The notes beneath the pieces are model-generated. The model made no database searches and was not told the DNA's origin. It saw only the letters and a program-made list of their open reading frames with translations. A stretch of DNA of 64,000 bases, from positions 2,843,980 to 2,907,979 of the forward strand of contig CM119270.1 of assembly GCA_051294375.1 (NCBI GenBank), read 5' to 3'. Positions 1-13,738 of the stretch are shown here, in pieces; the first letter of the stretch is position 1; every line of letters begins with the position of its first letter. The DNA is from Paraspadella gotoi (Eukaryota > Animalia > Chaetognatha). A program made the position numbers and the translations under genes.

Positions 1-339
1 TTCCATTGTTCAAAAGTCCACCTTCCATGTCCACCTTCTTATTCCATTGTCCAAAAGTCTACTTTCTTCGTCCCTATATCGTCCTATTCTTACAGTGATC
101 AATACTTTTTGACCCCTGACCGTCACGACCCCTATCAGTCTCTTGGCCCTCATCCTCCGCCCCTCTTCGATCTAACTTACCCTCGAATCACTTACCCTCC
201 TCTTCCTTTTCCCTTTAACCCTTCACCTTATTTGTCTCTTCTCGTCTTCCTCGACTTACCCGAAGGCGAACCTCACCTTCCTTTCGATTTCTGGATTCCA
301 TCGCGAGAGTCGAATCATTAATCTGCCGCATGGGCTAAA

Positions 340-640
340 CGTCGGCCAAACCGTCGGCCAAACCGTCGGCCAAACCGTCGGCCAAACCGTCGGCCAAACG
401 CCGGTAAAATTGTTAGCCAATGTTGGCAAAACATTGGCCAAAGCCTTGAGCTGAACAAGTGGCCTAACTGCTAGCCAAACCATTGGTCAAACACCGGACA
501 AACTGTCGGTCATACGTTGGTGAAACATTGGCCCATGCGTTGAGCTAATCAGTGGCCAAACTTCCGGCCAAACCGTCAGCCAAACGGTCTGCCTAACCGT
601 CGGCCAAATTGTTGGGCTAACTGTTGGCCAAACCGTCCGG
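340..640. repeat. 12-bp minisatellite (GGCCAAACCGTC)n, decaying rightwards
   Basis: Perfect tandem GGCCAAACCGTC copies at about 345-400 and degenerate copies to about 640; they explain the WPTV-repeat ORFs. Confidence 0.85.
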
Positions 641-3600
641 ATCTGATAGGATGCACTATGGAGTACTTTATAATTCGGTTTTGGTTGGGTTCGTCCCCGT
701 AGACTGTCGCGGCAGCAGAGCAGAAGAAGAGATCGAGAGACTGACGATAGACGAGCATGAGAGGACGACGACGACAAGTAGAGAGATGACGAGAGAGAGA
801 GCAAGAGCTGAGACGAGAGAGACGAAACGAGATCGAGGCCAGAATCTCGATAAGAGAGAATCGAGAAGAGCAGAGAGAGATGAATCGTGATACTATTTTC
901 AAAACGATTTCGTCCTTGACGACAAAAAATAAGAAACTTTTAAGACGAAGATGACGATGAAGATGAAGAAGAAAAAAGTCAAAAGGAAGAGAACGACGAT
1001 GACGACGACGACGCGACGACGACGACTGAAAATCTCAACCAACGAACACAAAAAGCGACGACGACGATGACGACGACAATGACGACGACAACGACCAAAC
1101 AAAATCTCTTTTCTACCAAAAACAAAGAATTTTCCCCCCCCAAAAAAAACCGACGACGACAACGACAACGACGATAAACTCGTTTCATCTACAACAACAA
1201 CAACAAAAACATTGAAAACATCGTCTCGATAAAAAAACAATTCAGACGTTGAGAACAAAAGAGCAAAGAGGAAAACGACGACGACGACGACACGAAAAAA
1301 ATATGACAACCACGAGGACAACAACAACGACGATACTGTCTATCTTAATATCTTCCTTCCTTTTTCTTTTTGTTTCCTTTTTTTCTCTTCTTTTCAATTC
1401 CATATTTTTCTTTTTTCCTTACTTTCTTATTTCCCTCCCTTTTTCCTCTTTCATTTCCTCCTTCACTTTTTTCCTTCCTTTCTCCCTTTTCCCATTTTTC
1501 CCTTGTTAACCTTCCGTTCCTGTTCCCTTTTTCCTCCCTTTCCATTTTCTGACTCCATCTGTCCTTTCCCTTTTTCCTCCCTCTTCCTTTATATCTTTCC
1601 TTATTCCTCCCCTTTCCTTTTCTGACCCATTTCCTTTCCTTTTCCTCCCTTTCCTTTTATGTCTTTACCCTTTCCTCCCTTTCCTCCCGCCCTCCATTCA
1701 ATTCTCTTTCCTCTGTTCTCTATTCCTCTTCCCACGAGGAGATGATGTTCTTTGCTGTTTTATTAGCTTCTTCTCAATATCCCTTTCGCTCAAAGAAGCG
1801 ACTCTGAATATCCAGCGCTCGGCGAGACGACACGTAAACTCCTAAACGGGCGACTGTCTGAAGAAACTAGGAGATATTCGAACATTTTTCAGTAGAATGT
1901 AGCAGCATGAAATACGGAATACACGTAGATGGATACAAATGCAATATATTCGATGAGAAGAAAGAATACGATATATTCAAGTGTACTTGGAGAAAGGAGA
2001 GGAAGAACCACGCGCAGAGATCGGGCACGCAGAAGAAAGTGACGTGCCAGAAGGGAAGGCAGTAGAGATGATCTTAATACGGAAACTAGAGAGAGCGGCA
2101 AGAAATGGGGCGGCGGGCAAGAGATCGAGCGCGGAGACGCTAGTTCGGCATAACTTAAGGTAGATGGAAAGAGAAGAAACTAGACGAGAAGGAGAGACGA
2201 GCACGAGGCAATCGTGGAAAAGTATTAGCACAAAATCGAGTTTAGAGAGAGAGAGAGAGCGAAGAGAGAGATAGAAGTAAGCAGAGCTAGGAGAGATTGG
2301 ATCAAAGAGAAGACGGAAAGCGGGATAAGAATCAGAGAGAGATGGAGGCAGGAAGAAGATAGAAGAGAGAGTTAAGTCTTCTCTAAATGGTTGTTTGAAG
2401 TTATCTGTATACTATGTCTTTGTCGGTTCGTCTATGTTAAATAGGATTCGTCACGCTTGATGAGGATTCCTTTCAAGAGAAATACTCCGTGCAGTGCGAT
2501 AAGATTATTACAGGCCATGAATAAACAGCAGTAGTGGCGATTCTTTAGATACTTGCAGTGTTAATGTTGAACAATAGTATGTGATCGAATGTGATGCTTC
2601 AAAGCACCTTAATATAATCCAGATCATGATCTGGTATATAGGTGTATAATAATAATATAATGTGAGGCGGGCTTTGTTAGATCAAGGTATCAAGTGAGAA
2701 AGTTGCGAAGAGAGAGCAAGATTAATAAGGTACTGATTAATCACTAGAAGTTTTATTTGACAGATTGATATTTGGTAAAAAGAATTAGATACTTTGCGGT
2801 TTAAACACTCGCTCACTAGGATAAATGTAAAACGCTTACTATCGAGATACGAGGATATCTATGAGATGGTGCCTGCTGTCGTCAGATCAACTCTCATAGC
2901 TGAACAAACCGCTCGTAATCAACTTAGTGCGCGAACAAAGCATACATTGCCAGTAAACTCTCGATATGAGAGGACAAGTTGGACAAATGCTATTGTGATG
3001 AAGAAACTTGGTTCATGAAAACTAATGTAATAATCCCTGATTGCTCTCTCTAGCATGTGAATACGATAGCGCTGTGTTATTATTAGAGAATACTCTTAGC
3101 TTTCTAGTCTCAAGAAACTGTGTTTTTACCAGTTTTAATTGAGTATAAACACGATCACTTGATTTTGTGAACCATGTAAACAGCGCTATAAGTAACGAGA
3201 ATTAAGATCTGTATGAGCATGACTGCGAAGTTATATACAGACCTTATCTCTATCGAATACAACTTTTAGAATATATTATTTGTGGCTAGTTAATTAATAA
3301 TGCCCATTGAGTAACAGACTTTAGACTGTTCAACACATCACTTTACGCCTCTGTAATTCAATAGACACATAATTACTCTTTAGTATTCCAAGAGAGAAAA
3401 TAAAAATTAAGATCCTCTATAGTGAATATATAACTAAATAGAGAGCCATTAGTTACTCAAAAATTAACAGGCGATTTACTTGACTCTCTATACGGGACAC
3501 CGGAGTGTACACAATCATCTACTCTTGAGGAATATCTCTGTTTCTTCGTCTGCAACAAGGCAGGCCTTCTGGCGACACAACTTATCCATGCGAGAAGGAT

Positions 3601-5259
3601 AAAGCTACCCTTTCTATGTAGTGCTCTCGCTCGCCTCCGAGAATGAGACGGAGTGAGTGGAGAAGCGTGATACCAAAGAGGTGAACATATATCAGATCCG
3701 CACATCGTCTATCGATATGATTATATCGTCTTCATTCTCTCTTGTGGGGTCAATCTACGAATTGTTTCCTGCCTTCCCTCTGATCGCGTCTCTCTCCTCA
3801 TGCGGCCCATATTCGTTCCTATATCAGACTCTAACCGTCAGACACCGCCTGCATCCTGCATACAGCCACGTGTGACGTTCCTGCTGCTCCAGCTCCTCTA
3901 ACTTTAGAGTAGTCTCTCTACTTCATTACCGGTCTACCTGGCACTACCTCTTATGTCACAATCCCTCTCTACCATCATATAACTACGCTCTCTCTTTCTC
4001 TCTCTGCTCGCTCCCGTCCCCTTCGTCTCTCGCCTCCGTGCCCTCGCTCCCTCTCTGTCTTCCGTCTGTGCTCCCGTCTCTCTCCTCTCTTCTTTTCCTC
4101 GGTTCTCCGCCGCTCTCCCGGTGTCTCTTTCTTACGACTTTGTCCGTGTATTATGTCTGTACTGAGATCTCAATGTTCACACTTCATAAAATACTCCCTT
4201 TATTTCACACTTTACATTAATATTCATTTTGTCACCTCTTTATTATTATTTTATCTTTCTAGACCTCACATCAAGACTTTTTTCTTAGTGTATATATACT
4301 CGTTATGGAATTACGTGACTTTATTTTAGAATTTTATTTATTTTATCTACACTCGTATTTGTATGCTCTATTGAATACTTTACATCTGTATTATATTGTC
4401 TATGTGTATTTCTGAGATTCTCAATATTATATTGCTATTATATTTATTTATTTATTTATTTATTTTAAAAATCGTGGATACTTTCTCTACCTTACCTCAT
4501 GATGTTACTCCCTCTGCTGTGTGATTCAAACTTCCACGTATGCTTCGCTACGCTCAAACAAATTGCCCGACCCCATCATCTCACACTCTGCCACCCATAA
4601 AGTTTTACTCTTCTCAAAGCCTGAACCTCTCTCTTATATAAACTAAGATATAGAACATACCGCAATACGCATGCACATGCACGAATTACGTGCATACTGC
4701 TGCTCATCAATTGCAGTGTTAATGAGGGATCATAGTGCTCGCCATCCTACTACATTAAACACCTACGTCTCGTCTCGACCTAATATAACTCGTGAGTACC
4801 ACTGGTATTTCGTGATACGTGACACCGAGAAATCTCTCTCTCTATNNNNNNNNNNNNNNNNNNNNNNNNNAAAGAAAGAAAGAAAGAAAGAAAGAAAGAA
4901 AAACAGAAGGGGAACCGAATCGTGAAAAGTTTTGACAAAATCGAGTTAAAGAGAGAAGAGTAACAAGAGGAGAGATCAAAAGAGACGGAAAGGGGAAAGA
5001 TCAAGGTTGAGCGAGAAGTCTTCACTGGTACTAGAGGATTCTGCAGGGAAGGAAGGATATGAGGAAGACGAGCATGAATAAGATGGGCTGTGAATGTGAA
5101 TGTGAAAGTGAAAGTGGCAACTAAAAACAATTCGAAGAAAATAATAGCGGGGAGTCAAGGAAAAATGAGAGCGGAAAAGCGTTGTGGGAATGAATACAGA
5201 GAATACGTGTGGAAATGACTGCGGAAAAGGACTGACTAGGGATCGGGGCTCTGTAGAAG

Positions 5260-5590
5260 TGACAGTGGAAACTGGAAAAAGCAAATGGAAACGAGAGAGC
5301 AAGTGGAAAAGATTGTAAAAACTGGAAAAAACCTATCGAAACGACAGTTTAATCTGCAAAGACCAGTGGAAACGACTGTAGAACCTGTAAAAAGCAAGTA
5401 GAAACGACTGTAGGAACTGGAAAAAGCCTATCGAAACAACTTTAGACATTGTGCATAAAAAGCCTGTGGAAACGACTGCAAAAATAGCCTGTGAAAACGA
5501 CCGAAAAAAACTAGAAAAAAGCCTGTCAAAACGCCTGTTTAAACAGGGAAAATCTTCTGGAAACGACTGCGGAACAAGCCTGTGAAAACT
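5260..5590. repeat. Degenerate minisatellite with GAAACGACTG/AAGCCTGT core
   Basis: Recurring gaaacgactg and aaaagcct(a/g)t motifs spaced roughly 20-35 bp apart. Confidence 0.6.
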
Positions 5591-5773
5591 GTCCTTTTTT
5601 TCTCCATCCGCTTCCAAAATTCTCACCCAACGACTCGATATGAAATGTCATTTGTGTCGATCGTTTTCTTCTCGAATGTTCCATCGCCTTCCAACACCAA
5701 TCCAACGCCATCTCGCGCCGCCAATGGTTCCAAAGCCTCTTCCATATGTCAACCCTTCATAAATGCTCCCTTT

Positions 5774-5775
<2 letters not shown>

Positions 5776-5826
<51 letters not shown>
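5776..5826. repeat. (GCC)n microsatellite
   Basis: Uninterrupted gccgccgcc run. Confidence 0.95.
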
Positions 5827-6455
5827 TCGTCCGTATGTCGTGAGTCAAGCCCTCATAAAACCCTTTCCCTTTACTATAACTTGCCCTTTTTTTTTCTTCG
5901 CCCTCGACTTTCGGTGATGAAACGAGGAGACGTGACTTTTCGTTGATCACGTGATGCGAATCACGTTTGGTGAATCGATCAATGCGTGAATTTATACTGT
6001 GATGACGCGGCGAACGAGTTGCGACGAAAAATGGCGAACTACTTCACATAAAGTTTATTTTCAAAGATTATTATAACTAAGAATGAAAATACGACAGACG
6101 ATATCAAAATTGTACATTCATTTAATAGACATGTTGTTATAAATTGTTCTAAATTGTTATAAATCTATTTTTAAACCGGAATGTAAAGCCCTTCACTAAA
6201 AAGTCACTTCATTCTATCGACGAGAGAGATACTGACCTTTTCCTCTGAGAAAAACGAATAGGATTCCATGGCATGGAATTCTCGCGATGCCTTACCAAAA
6301 GTGGGGCTTTCAAGGGTAAGTCCAGCGACTCGCCTTGGGTCATCGATTAAGAACTCTAATCACGCCCGGCCTCGAACCCGCGACCCCTCGACCCGTGGAA
6401 TCCTCGAGACGTGGCCGAGGGGGGTTTTGTCGCTTTCTCTCGCCCGAGGGTCTTG

Positions 6456-6491
<36 letters not shown>

Positions 6492-6781
6492 ATTCTTTTC
6501 TCATCCTCCATGGTTGGCATTTTTTTAGCCAGAGCCCTTATCTTTCCTTACCCGTACCCCGGGAACGCTCTATATTGTGGTCAGTTTTTCTTCAAAGCTT
6601 TATCTGAGGTTAGAATTTACCATTTTAAAATTCTAAGAACTTTTTTCACGTTGGCTCGTTGAACTCACCTTTTTCTGCCTTCCCTCATCTCAATTCTGCC
6701 ACAATCTTCCCTCTACTACTTTACCTCACCCGATCCGAGTCCCCGTGACTCTGAAAAGACCCCGACCTTACCCTATAGCCA

Positions 6782-6889
<108 letters not shown>

Positions 6890-7043
6890 CCCTCTCCCCC
6901 TTTCTCCCTCCCGCCCGTAAGTCTATGCAAGTCACAACTTCCTCCCATTTCTTAATGCAGACGCAGGAAAGCAGAAACTCTATTTCCCTTCCCTTCTTGT
7001 ATAAGGTTTAACCTAATCTTTGACACGACCAGAGAGAGAGAGC

Positions 7044-7082
<39 letters not shown>

Positions 7083-7147
7083 AGGAGGGGGAAGGAAAAA
7101 TATTGGTAGTCTTTTTTTTTGTTCCTTTTTTTTTTCGAGGAAAAGAA

Positions 7148-7402
7148 GGGCCCCATTTTCCTAAATCGCCCATTTTCTGTTTCTTTTGGAAAACCTTTTA
7201 TCATATCCTTAACTTAACCTTTAACCATGATCCTACTTGCATGATACCAGTTACTATAATCCTTAGCCCTAATAAGTAATCACTAAACCACATTTCCTCA
7301 GCAAATCCTTAAATTTAATCCATAATACGAATCTTTATCTACCAAATATTCTACTCTAAAAACCAATCCAACGAAATTGGGCGCTTTTTAGAAAACATGG
7401 CA
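7148..7402 (-). mobile_element. MITE, member of the TTAGGG-containing Mutator-like family (reverse orientation)
   Basis: Ends gggccccattttcctaaatcgcccattttc ... gaaattgggcgctttttagaaaacatggca resemble the TIRs of 42364-42533; internal CCTAA/TAACC repeats. Confidence 0.6.
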
Positions 7403-7789
7403 AAAAAGTTAGGTGGAGAAAGGTGGTTTTGGTCGCTTGGGTGGGATTTAAGAAATCGGACTGCAGTCGCCTGAATTGGTTGTTTCTAATCATTCCAATT
7501 GCTGCTGCTTCCAGGGTGTGATTTGATTTATTAGCGGGAAATAAAATGAGGGAAAAGAGCTAAGGATTAATTTGGAAGGAAGAAGTACGTGGAATAAGGA
7601 GAAAAAGAGAGAGAGAGCGAGGGATAAGGAGTGAAAAGTATGGAACAAAGAAAATAGAGAAAGAGGGGAAAAAAATTAGTATTAAGGAGAGCGAAAAAAA
7701 AGAAGCGAAAACAGTGATGGGGAAAAGGAGTAGAATTGAGAAAGTATTTGGGTACATAAGGCGCTAAGCGAACTGAAGACTTACTGTCC

Positions 7790-7892
7790 GTATCTTCTGG
7801 GACCCCCTCGGCAGCGATGGAACGGCTCCTGGGCTTGGAACCAGGCTTGAGGGTTTTCCACGCCTTAGTGGCGGGGTAAACTTATTGCAATG
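7790..7892. repeat. Dispersed GC-rich repeat, homologous to 53741-54010 and 59121-59335
   Basis: Shared blocks agcgatggaacgg(c/g)tcct(g/t)ggcttggaac(c/g)aggc and ggggt(a/g)aacttattgcaatg. Confidence 0.8.
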
Positions 7893-8269
7893 TCTGACTA
7901 TATGAGTAGAAATTAGCAAAAATCGGGTTGTTAAGTTGTGCTAGAATTAAAAAGATAATAACAATATTGGAGAACGCCACTAAATAAAGTAAAGATGTGG
8001 AGCAAAGGAATGTAACAAAGAAAGAGGAGCAGAGTAAGTGGAGCGAAAGAAAGTGTAGCAAAGAAGGTAGAGTCGATTACCAACCACGCCACAACTCTTT
8101 GGCGAAGCGAGAAACATTTATAAATGGGAGGAAAGAGACCGAGCATAAAAAGAGGGCAAAGACTTTATGGGGCGTGACTCACCAGCGACTCACCCGGCCT
8201 GACCAAATATCGGGAGAGGCCGGCCTCCTTCTCCTTTATTTCTCTGGTTAGGATAACGAGGCCCTTTAT

Positions 8270-8320
8270 TTCCGCTGATTGGATTTCTTAGATTGCTCAG
8301 ACGGGTTGCTTGGCAACGGG
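8270..8320. promoter_or_regulatory. CCAAT box plus RFX X-box-like motif
   Basis: gattgg at about 8277-8282 and palindromic GTTGCTTGGCAAC at 8305-8317 within a GC-rich island. Motif match only. Confidence 0.35.
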
Positions 8321-8850
8321 GTCGATGGGTGAAGCGTCATTTTTCTTTGCGGAAAAAAAAAACAAACAAAAACAATTTAGTAATCTTTTCTTTTTGGTAA
8401 TATTTTTATCGGTATTAGTTCAATTTAGGTTTTCATTTAGCTTCATACCGCTTGCGGTCGGTCAGTCTAGTTGAGATAAAAGGACATCTCTTCAAACTAC
8501 ACATATTTCCTCTTTTTTCTTTTTTTTTTTTCGATTTTAAAGAAATTTCATTTAGGGTTAGGGTTACGGTTCATTCCAGAAAAAAAATATCTTGACGACA
8601 AAATATTTAATATTTAATATTTAATATTTAATTACGACGTCGTCGTCATGACGACGGAAGACAACGAATGGTTTTTATGTTTTTATTATTTTGTTTAATG
8701 AAAAAAGAAAAGCTTAGCAGGACGCAAGAAATATTAGTTTTAAAAAAAAGGCACTTATTCGTCTTCCCTTTTGTCTTTTACGCCAGAAGAGGGACAGAGA
8801 GAGAGAGAGAGGAGAGGAGGAGAAGAGAGAGAAGAGAGAGAGAGAGAGAG

Positions 8851-8889
<39 letters not shown>

Positions 8890-9450
8890 AAAAGGGGAGG
8901 TTAATTTAAGAGAAAAGAAGCTTTTTTTTTGCTCTGTTCTGTGTTCGTAAGTTTATTTTAATTCTACTTTTTTTAGCTTTTGGAGCTTTTTTTTTTTGCT
9001 TTTTTTGCTTTTTCTTTCTGCTTTCACAAGCGGCTCATCAAGGAAAGCGCCACTTGCACTTCCTCTCCGCTTGATGTATGAGGTTTATGGAGAAGGAGGA
9101 GGAGGAGGAAGAAGAGGAGGAGAAGAGAGAGGAGGAAGAAGAAGAAGAAGAGATAGAAGGAAAAGGCAGACGCCGTGAAAACAATAAATGATACTCTCAC
9201 TGTGAAGGTGGTGGATGAGAAAAGGTTGAACGTGAAAAATGGAGTCTGTGAACTGGTCAAAGAGGAGTGAGGAGGACGAGGAAGAGGGGGAGGAGAAAGA
9301 GGGGGAGGAAGAAGAAGATACTGGGCTGAGTAAAATGAATGGGGGAGAGATGAGAATGAGAGTTTCGCTTCTCCTCGCCTGTCGAGGTTTGTTAACGAAC
9401 TAAAGTTTTGGCGAATAAGTAATCACTAATCAGCTGGAACAAACTTAGAG

Positions 9451-9517
9451 AATCCAAGACGGGATTCGAACCCGCGACCTTTTGCGTTCGTTTTCCAATG
9501 AACTGCGTTCCGGGATT
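9451..9517 (-). pseudogene. tRNA-derived fragment (tRNA pseudogene or SINE head)
   Basis: Minus strand reads ...cagttcattgg...aaggtcgcgggTTCGAATcccgt...: T-arm stem with a GGTTCGAATCC B-box, an A-box-like segment and AATCC/GGATT ends. The anticodon arm is missing. Confidence 0.5.
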
Positions 9518-9979
9518 TCGTCTTTCTTAGGCGTTTTCTGGTTGTATTTACAGCAGTGGAATGAGAGGAAAAGATATTCTGATCCAATATTGGAACTATT
9601 CAGAATCCGAAAGTTTGTTCAAATATGAGTGATACATTTTTAGAGTCGACTTTACTAATCTTACAATCACTAAGGCGATTCTAAAGTGAAAAGAATTTAC
9701 CACAAAAGTCTTTCTGCTTCATTTTCGTCTATCTAACCTAATTCTTGGACTTTTTAAAGCGAAGTCCACTAACGGTCTAAAGAAAATAATATATTTCATT
9801 GTGCAAATGAGTTCATCGTTAGCTTTACCATAAAAATTATCATTAAAGTTATCGGCAATTTCATTTTTATTCTAAATTACTCTTTCCAAATTCACCAAGC
9901 CTAAAAATCGATGAAAAGTGATTTAAAATGTTTTTAGTTTCGGGAACCGTTTAACTTGGACCCATCTTTGTCGGTGCCA

Positions 9980-10142
9980 AAGGGTGAGGAATGGCACTCC
10001 CCCCGCCTCCCATCCTATCACTCCCCCGCCCGCCCTTTGCCAAATCACCCCAGGGAGTGGCACAGTTTCTGGGGCGGAGTTTCATCGAAACCCGACGGAA
10101 AATAAATGAGGCGAATCAAAGGCCACGCGTTTCGCCTTCGCG

Positions 10143-10173
<31 letters not shown>

Positions 10174-10340
10174 TTGCCGCCGCCGCCCCCAGCAGCCGCC
10201 GCTGCCGCTAATGACGACGCTGATTCTTCTCCTGCTGCCGCCGCCTTTGTTTTCCGGTCGCTGCTGGTGGTTCCGCGCATGCGCCTTAAAAAGGGCGGCG
10301 CTGAATGCGCGAATCGATTTGATCGGACGTGCGGAGATTA
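9980..10340. promoter_or_regulatory. CpG-rich island with GC boxes and (GCCGCA)n, possible promoter or 5' UTR
   Basis: Sharp GC/CpG rise in an AT-rich background; GGGGCGGAGT at 10071-10080; ccccgcc motifs. Confidence 0.4.
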
Positions 10341-10538
10341 CTGATGATGTATTTATAAAAAATATGACTTTACTTGTTGGCGAAAAATTTTGTAAAGAAC
10401 TGAAAGGATTATGTTCAATAATTCGAAAATATGTAGTATTAGGCTTGATGTTTAGATAGTACAAAGTTACAAACTACAAAGTCTATATCTTTTCTCTAGA
10501 CAATGCCATCTTTGAAATCGAGTGCTATTCGTGACCCC

Positions 10539-10645
<107 letters not shown>

Positions 10646-11519
10646 ACTCTCCACTTGATGGCGAGGACAATTTCATCAATTGCTTGACTGGTGGCCAGAT
10701 TCTCCTCTGAGTCCATTAGAAGGCAGCCGAACAGGAAAAAGAGAGAAAAAAAAAAGGAAAAAAGAAAAGAAAAGGGAGGAAAAAGAAGAAAAGAAAATAG
10801 GAAAAAAAAAGGAGGAAAAAAGGAGAAAGAGAAAAGTGAATTAGAAAGAAAAAAACAATCTCTATTTCCCTCCCAAAAAAAAAACAGTCATAAAAAACAA
10901 AAGGGAAAAACAACAGAAAAAAAAAACACCCGAAACGAGGCTCCCTTTACGATCGAGCGAACGTAATGTATTGATGCTATAAATAAAAGGGAAACGAAAA
11001 AAGAGAGACTTTTCCTTTCAAGTGAATCGTTTTCGCGGCTCAAATGTCGAATCGAACAGAATCTCGTCTTTTGTCTTTTTTTTTTTCCTTCGGTTTTTCG
11101 TTCTATTTTTAGCCAAAAATTTAAAAAAAGGATGACGAAATAGGAAAGAGTTATTTTATTAACTATCTGTTCACATTATAATATTATTAAATGATTAGAT
11201 AAGTAAAATGATAATTTCTGACAAAAGTAAAAAAACGTACATAAGTTCGAGACTGAATTAATATATACTAATATATATATACTAATATACTAATATACTA
11301 ATATACTAATATATACTAATATATATTAATACTAATATACTAATACTAATATACTAATATATATACTAATTGAAACGATTCATTATCATTTTATAAGTAC
11401 AACTATTATAAAAATAAACTAATATAAAAGTATCCAATATCCATTCTTTCAATGAAATTCTTTTCTAACAAAAGATTTTAAACAAGCTATACAATTTAAC
11501 TCTCATTATGTTTTAGTGT

Positions 11520-11595
11520 AAGAGACTAACAGACAGACTAACAGACAGACTAACAGACAGACAGACCAACCAACCTAGCATCGCAGCTAAAAATA
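11520..11595 (+). mobile_element. Remnant 3' end of a HINE/Helentron-like element
   Basis: (AGAC/AGACTAAC)n followed by ctagcatcgcagctaaaaa, the same architecture as the 3' end at 48900-48974. Confidence 0.35.
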
Positions 11596-11743
11596 GCAAA
11601 AGTCGATATATAACCATTTTGTCGTTCGCGAATCTAAACTCAAATCACTGAATAAAAAAAACATTCTTTTTTTTGTCAGTTGCGAGAAAAAAAATAAAGA
11701 AAATGGCGTCTGTCCTCAACTTTGACATTTCGGTCAATATTTT

Positions 11744-11776
<33 letters not shown>

Positions 11777-12714
11777 NNNNNNNNNNNNNNNNNNNNNNNN
11801 NNNNNNNNNNNNNNNNNNNNNNNNNNNNNNNNNNNNNNNNNNNNNNNNNNNNNNNNNNNNNNNNNNNNNNNNNNNNNNNNNNNNNNNNNNNNNNNNNNNN
11901 NNNNNNNNNNNNNNNNNNNNNNNNNNAATAGCGTCACCCTCTCTTTCTCTCTCTCTCTCTCTCTGTCCCTGTATCTCTGTTTTTTTCTTTCGCTTTTCCA
12001 ATTTTTTTCCCTGAGTCTCCTTCTAAACAAAAATTAAAACCGTCATTTATTTATTTATTTATTTTCACTTTCGTCGCCAGACGCTGGTTTTTCCTTCAAA
12101 CGGTTTGTTTACCGCAATTTTGTTTTTTTCCATTTTCGAGTTTCTACCCAAAAAAATCGTTTTCGAGTCGCATTTTGTTTTGGTGAATTGAATCAATGGG
12201 TTTTTGCTTTTTCTTTGCTTTTCTGCTTTTTTTGTCCTTTGCTTTTGTCCTTTTCTAATTTTTAAGGCTCGGTACTGCCTTTCATCGTTTATTTCCCTTC
12301 ACCGCAATTTTTGCTATAAATTTTCTACCAGGATGAAGAATTTTTTGACCAGATCAGGGATCACTGATTGATTCAAATGATGATATGACAAATTTTATCG
12401 TATCCCTCCATTTCACTATTTTTTTCCTTTTTTTTTCTTTTCTTTTCTTTTCTTTTCTTTTCTTTTCCTTTCTCTGTTTTCTTTTCTTTTCCTTTCCTTT
12501 CTCTTTTTTCATTTCTTTTCTTTTGCTTTCTCTTTTTACCTTTTTTTTGTTTTCTTTTATTTTCCTTTCTCTTTTTTCTTTTCTTTTCTTATCTTTTCCT
12601 TTCTTTTTTTCTTTTCTTCTCCTTTTTTTTTTCTTTTCTCTTCGTTTCTCCTCTTCCACTATCTTTTTCATTTCTTCCTTACCTTCATTCTCTCTTCCTT
12701 TTCTCCCTTCTTTT

Positions 12715-12955
12715 TCCATCTCCCTTTTCTGTCATTCCATCCCTTTTTTCCGTCATTCCATCTCACTTTTCCCCTTCATTTTCCATCTCCCTTTTCCGTC
12801 ATTCCATCTCACTTTTCCCCGTCATTTTCCATCGCCCTTTTCCGTCATTCCATCTCACTTTTCCCCTTCATTTTCCATCGTCCTTTTCCGTCATTCCATC
12901 TCACTTTTCCCCTTCATTTTCCATCGCCCTTTTTCCGTCATTCCATCTCATTTCC
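12715..12955. repeat. Minisatellite (TTCCGTCATTCCATCTCACTTTTCCCC-like units)
   Basis: Multiple tandem copies of ccgtcattccatctcacttttcccc. Confidence 0.8.
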
Positions 12956-13436
12956 GGTTGAGGACCTCAACTCGGTTCCGCCTTCTTCCTGCGTGACCCC
13001 GATTTCCGTTTTGCTTCGCCGATGATTCTTCCATAATTTTCCTCGCATTTATGACCTCAATAGAAAAAGGAAACCCGTCAGAAAAAGAAAGGCAATAGAT
13101 AAGTAGAATGTTATTTACTTTTAAAAAACTTAGGTTTTTTTCTTATCGTGTGCAATTCAGCGAAAAGTAAGAAAAAGATAATATATGAGTAACAGTCTTT
13201 TTAAAAAAAAAATATTCAAATGAGTTTTGAAGCGAGGCTCGTAGAAAACAAATGATCAATAAAAATACTGTAAACTTTGGGTTACACCATGAAATACGGA
13301 CCGACTCAGCTTCAAATAGTTCCCACGATGAATGAACCGTACATATATAATATATTATGATACTTAAATCATTTTCCCCCATTATCCTAACTCACCTTTT
13401 CCTCCCTCACCCTCCCTTACCCTTTCCTCCCTCCAG

Positions 13437-13738
<302 letters not shown>

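Noticed and set aside
1560-4845. Apparently complex unique sequence, including RHNLSM (forkhead-like) and DTGVYT (Ig-like) peptides near 3490-3590
   Set aside because: Looks like an unpolished noisy read. The motifs are in different frames and lack the surrounding conserved residues.
6355-6400. B-box-like GGGTTCGAGGCC on the minus strand
   Set aside because: No cloverleaf or A-box; at most a decayed SINE fragment.
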